DNA of 20,000 bases, taken from the IMG/VR virus record IMGVR_UViG_2721755796_000006, one strand, 5' to 3'. This document shows, piece after piece, positions 16,846 to 20,000 of the stretch. Every line of letters begins with the position of its first letter. Within the stretch, counting starts at the first letter, position 1. Made by a program: the position numbers and the translations under genes. Source of the stretch: an uncultured virus (IMG/VR IMGVR_UViG_2721755796_000006) (lineage: Duplodnaviria; Heunggongvirae; Uroviricota; Caudoviricetes). The notes beneath the pieces were generated by a model, which made no database searches, was not told the origin of the DNA, and saw only the letters and a list, made by a program, of their open reading frames with translations.

Positions 16846-17310
16846 ATGGAACAATATTATTATGAGTACGAACAGGATAGCATTTATTGTTATCCTGATT
16901 CTTTTATCCTGAAAAATAAATTGAACATTAGAGAACCGGAAACTTTGGAGGAAGCAGAACGCAATATTACGGCACTCAGAATTTTGGAGTTGAAACAAAA
17001 TCCCCCCAAAGGCAAGCTGACTTTTAAATATTTTCAAAAGTTGCATAAACAAATCTTTGGAGACATTTATGAATGGGCTGGAAAAGTACGGAATGTGAAT
17101 ATTGCAAAGGGAAATATGTTTTGTGACTGCAGATTTATTGAAGACATGATGGAGGAAGTATTTAGTGAACTGGAAAAGGAGAACTATCTGCAGTCGTGTG
17201 ATACTGAAGAAATGGCTGACAGATTAGCATACTATTTATCAGAGATAAATGCGTTACATCCGTTTCGAGATGGAAATGTAACACAGAGACACCAGCAGAA
17301 AGCGGCGTAA
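16846..17310 (+). pseudogene. fic: Class I Fic toxin, C-terminally truncated within the catalytic motif
   Basis: Motifs YCYPDSFILKNKLNI and LHKQIFGDIYEWAGKVRNVNIAKG; HPFRDGN is followed by VTQRHQQKAA* instead of GR plus the final helices. Confidence 0.82.
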
Positions 17311-17355
17311 CAGCGGCAAACTGCTTTGTACATAAAATTTAATAGCATATATGCC

Positions 17356-17396
17356 AAAGGACATTTCATCTTTTATTTAGGTGGATGTCCTTTTTT
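17356..17396. terminator. Probable bidirectional intrinsic terminator
   Basis: AAAGGACATTTCATCT...AGGTGGATGTCCTTTTTT. Confidence 0.75.
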
Positions 17397-17607
17397 GTAC
17401 TTACTTTTAAGAGTATGGCATACCACCTTGTACATCATACGGATGCATGACTTCCAATATGCCAGAAACCTTGCAACCATAGGCTTTTTCGAGCGTTCCA
17501 CTCGTTACAGAGTTTTTGTCCATATAACGTATTTCTTGCTAATTCTGTATCGTATCGTCCTATTAGCAAATCCAATTATACATGCAAGATACAAATACAG
17601 TCTTTTG

Positions 17608-17650
17608 TGACTTATTGTATGTTGACTTATTGTATTCACTCGGTTATACT
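17608..17650 (+). promoter_or_regulatory. Tandem C-box-like operators overlapping a sigma-70/A promoter
   Basis: TGACTTATTGTAT twice (17608-17620, 17623-17635; 15-bp period); -35 TTGACT (17622-17627), 17-bp spacer, -10 TATACT (17645-17650). Confidence 0.8.
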
Positions 17651-17669
17651 AAAGAAGGGTGAATTTAGC

Positions 17670-17909
17670 GTGGATGTAATTAAGGTATTTTCAAAAAATG
17701 TAAAAGCATATCGTATGCAATTAGGTCTTTCTCAAGAACATTTCGCAGAAAAAGCAGGATTGCATAGGACATATATTAGTGCGATAGAATGTGGAAAACG
17801 AAGTATCTCTTTAGACAATATACAAAAAATTGCTGACGCGTTGCAGATAGACACGTATTTACTTTTTATTGATCAAGAAAATTTCAATCAAAAGGGAGGT
17901 GAGGTTTAG
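17670..17909 (+). CDS. XRE-family HTH controller (C) protein of restriction-modification type (GTG start)
   Basis: LSQEHFAEKAGLHRTYISAIECGKRSISLDNIQKIADAL; RBS AAGGGTG; GACTTAT boxes upstream. Confidence 0.88.
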   Translation: MDVIKVFSKNVKAYRMQLGLSQEHFAEKAGLHRTYISAIECGKRSISLDNIQKIADALQIDTYLLFIDQENFNQKGGEV

Positions 17910-18967
17910 TGCCTTCTACCGCAATAGATTTATTCTGTGGAATTGGTGGCTTAACAAAAGGATTATCTCTGTCGGGTATAACTGTGCAAGCGGGTATAGA
18001 TATTGACGATTCTTGTCGATTTGCTTATGAAAAGAATAATAATGCGCAATTCATAAATTGTGATATTACTTCTTTACAAGGAGAACAATTAGAGGCATTA
18101 TATCCTGATAACACTACCCGAATACTTGTCGGATGTGCACCATGCCAACCATTTTCTAAATATACTAATCGCTATCGAAAAGATGGACCAACTGATGATA
18201 AGTGGAAATTATTATATTCTTTTGCAAGGTTAGTTCAGGAGGTAAACCCTGAAATAATTTCTATGGAGAATGTACCAGAATTACAGAGTGAAAAAGTCTT
18301 TGCCGATTTTGTATCTACTCTGAAAGAATTGAATTATTATGTTGACTGGAAAATTGTATATTGTCCGGAATACGGCGTTCCTCAAAATCGAAAAAGACTG
18401 GTTTTATTGGCTTCTCGCTTAGGGGAAATAAAATTAATTCCTCCGCTGTATGATTCTGAACATTATCCAACAGTACGTCAAGCCATAGGAAATTTGTCTG
18501 CATTAAAAGATGGAGAACAGGATGCCAATGATTTGCTTCATCGTGCTTGTCGGCTTTCATCCACTAACTTGAAAAGAATAAGACAATCTACTCCTGGGGG
18601 TACATGGCGCGATTGGGATGAAGAGCTACAATTAGAATGTCATAAAAAAGAAAGTGGAAAAACATATCCTTCTGTATATGGAAGGATGTCTTGGGATGAA
18701 CCTTCTCCAACTATAACAACACAGTTTTATGGGTACGGAAATGGACGATTTGGGCATCCTGAGCAAGATAGAGCCTTGTCATTAAGAGAGGGTGCTATTT
18801 TGCAATCGTTTCCTCCGGATTATGTTTTTATTGACAATGATCATCCATCGAACCGACGCGAAATAGGAATACATATAGGAAATGCCGTTCCTGTTGAATT
18901 AGGGCGAGCTATAGGGATCAGCATTCAACAACATTTACAGGAGGTAGAGGAAAATGCCGCGAATTAA
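17909..18967 (+). CDS. dcm: DNA (cytosine-5)-methyltransferase
   Basis: Motif I DLFCGIGG, IV GCAPCQPFS, VI MENV, VIII YGVPQNRKR, IX RALSLREGAILQSFP, X IGNAVP. Confidence 0.95.
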   Translation: MPSTAIDLFCGIGGLTKGLSLSGITVQAGIDIDDSCRFAYEKNNNAQFINCDITSLQGEQLEALYPDNTTRILVGCAPCQPFSKYTNRYRKDGPTDDKWKLLYSFARLVQEVNPEIISMENVPELQSEKVFADFVSTLKELNYYVDWKIVYCPEYGVPQNRKRLVLLASRLGEIKLIPPLYDSEHYPTVRQAIGNLSALKDGEQDANDLLHRACRLSSTNLKRIRQSTPGGTWRDWDEELQLECHKKESGKTYPSVYGRMSWDEPSPTITTQFYGYGNGRFGHPEQDRALSLREGAILQSFPPDYVFIDNDHPSNRREIGIHIGNAVPVELGRAIGISIQQHLQEVEENAAN

Positions 18968-20000
18968 AAAAGAACATATTATTTCTACGGATGAAAAACA
19001 AGCTGCTGATCTGCAAATCAAAGAAATGCAGAAACAAATTGATTATGACACAAAAGATTTTACTATAGAACTTTTGATTGCAAAATTTAAAAAGAAAGAC
19101 TTTTTTATCCCGCCATATCAAAGAAATTTTGTATGGCAAACTAAAAATAAAACTCTTTTTTTGGAATCAATCTTTCTTGGCTTACCAATTCCGTTTATGT
19201 TTTTTGCAGATTGTGATAATGGTAAACAAGAGGTAATTGATGGTGCTCAACGTATGCAGACTCTTGTTGAATTCCACGATAACAAACTGCAACTTAGCGG
19301 CTTAAAAAAATTAACCAAGCTTAATGGATTTTATTTTAAAGACTTATCTGATGCTCAGCAACGTAAATTTCTGAATAAAACCTTAAGGATAATTGTTTTG
19401 GAGGAAGATACACCTACTGTAGCAAGACAGGATCTCTTCTATCGAATTAATACAACTGGAATGAAAGCTAATGATTCAGAAGTACGGCGTGGCTCTTATC
19501 CTGGTCCATTTACTGACTTTATTGAAAAATGTTCTAAAGATGAGACATTTGTTGCACTCTGCCCTATGAGTGAAGATAGAGTTAAGAGACATGAACGATT
19601 TGAATTTGTTCTCCGTTTTTTTGCCTATTTAAATAACTATGAGAACTTTGGACACACCGTTAATGAATTTTTAGACGAATATCTCATTAATAATCTGGTA
19701 GATTTTGATGAATATACTTTTTACGCAGATTTTCAACGCATGGTTTCTTTTGTAAAAGAAAACTTTCCTTTTGGTTTTGCTAAGACTGAAAAAGCGAAAG
19801 CAACTCCTCGTGTTCGTTTTGAAGCAATTTCTGTTGGCGTCGCATTAGCATTAAGAGAAAAGCCAGATTTAAGAATAAGCAATGTTGACTGGCTTGATTC
19901 TGATGAATTTAAAGAATACACGACCTCAGATGCCAGTAATAATGAAGGAAAATTGAAATTGCGTGTTGAATATGTGAGAGATCAATTATTAAAAGGATAA
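18954..20000 (+). CDS. DUF262 (GmrS/ParB-Srx-like) domain protein; TAA stop at 19998-20000
   Basis: Motifs IPPYQRNFVW, ESIFLGLPIP, VIDGAQRMQTL and LFYRINTTG; no C-terminal HNH (DUF1524) is recognisable. Confidence 0.9.
   Translation: MPRIKKEHIISTDEKQAADLQIKEMQKQIDYDTKDFTIELLIAKFKKKDFFIPPYQRNFVWQTKNKTLFLESIFLGLPIPFMFFADCDNGKQEVIDGAQRMQTLVEFHDNKLQLSGLKKLTKLNGFYFKDLSDAQQRKFLNKTLRIIVLEEDTPTVARQDLFYRINTTGMKANDSEVRRGSYPGPFTDFIEKCSKDETFVALCPMSEDRVKRHERFEFVLRFFAYLNNYENFGHTVNEFLDEYLINNLVDFDEYTFYADFQRMVSFVKENFPFGFAKTEKAKATPRVRFEAISVGVALALREKPDLRISNVDWLDSDEFKEYTTSDASNNEGKLKLRVEYVRDQLLKG

Larger units (their letters stand above)
17267..20000. mobile_element. Putative integrated element inserted in fic and carrying the C/MTase/DUF262 operon; extends beyond the window
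   Basis: fic truncation coincides with a dyad centred on GA 17267-17268; no recombinase gene is visible in the window. Confidence 0.5.

Noticed and set aside
17407..17523. 38-aa minus-strand ORF MDKNSVTSGTLEKAYGCKVSGILEV…, faintly like a divergent HTH regulator remnant
   Set aside because: Too short and degenerate to support without a search
17326..17669. ORF 17326-17610 and the 21-codon upstream extension of the C protein
   Set aside because: They span a terminator and the operator/promoter, have no RBS, and the repeated peptide TYC merely reflects the C-box repeat
1..20000. CRISPR array, rRNA or tRNA genes
   Set aside because: No regularly spaced repeats or structural-RNA signatures were seen

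Overview
Mosaic window from what looks like a Clostridia (Lachnospiraceae-type) genome; the taxon is inferred from gene content. Bases 1-~9550 are the right end of a prophage: a PBSX/xkd-type contractile-tail baseplate module, tail fibre and glycine-rich receptor-binding genes, holin, NlpC/P60 endolysin, a reverse-strand Spo0A C-terminal-domain gene, and an AT-rich three-gene moron. The moron encodes a DUF3467-like protein, an unknown putative antitoxin and a putative R-S-H ADP-ribosyltransferase-fold protein. A repeat-rich probable attR region follows. Bases ~9650-17270 are an AT-rich, largely decayed island: a Fic-HTH pseudogene, a nuclease-like/RecD-like helicase gene broken by a truncated IS630 and two frameshifts, an intact rhuM, a HEPN-like pseudogene and a VbhA-antitoxin/Fic pair. 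That Fic gene is cut inside its catalytic motif at a dyad centred on GA, a probable serine-recombinase att site. Beyond it lies a C-protein + C5 DNA methyltransferase + DUF262 operon. The best candidates for undescribed systems are the three-gene moron and the C/MTase/DUF262 operon. All family calls come from motif recognition by eye, not from database searches.
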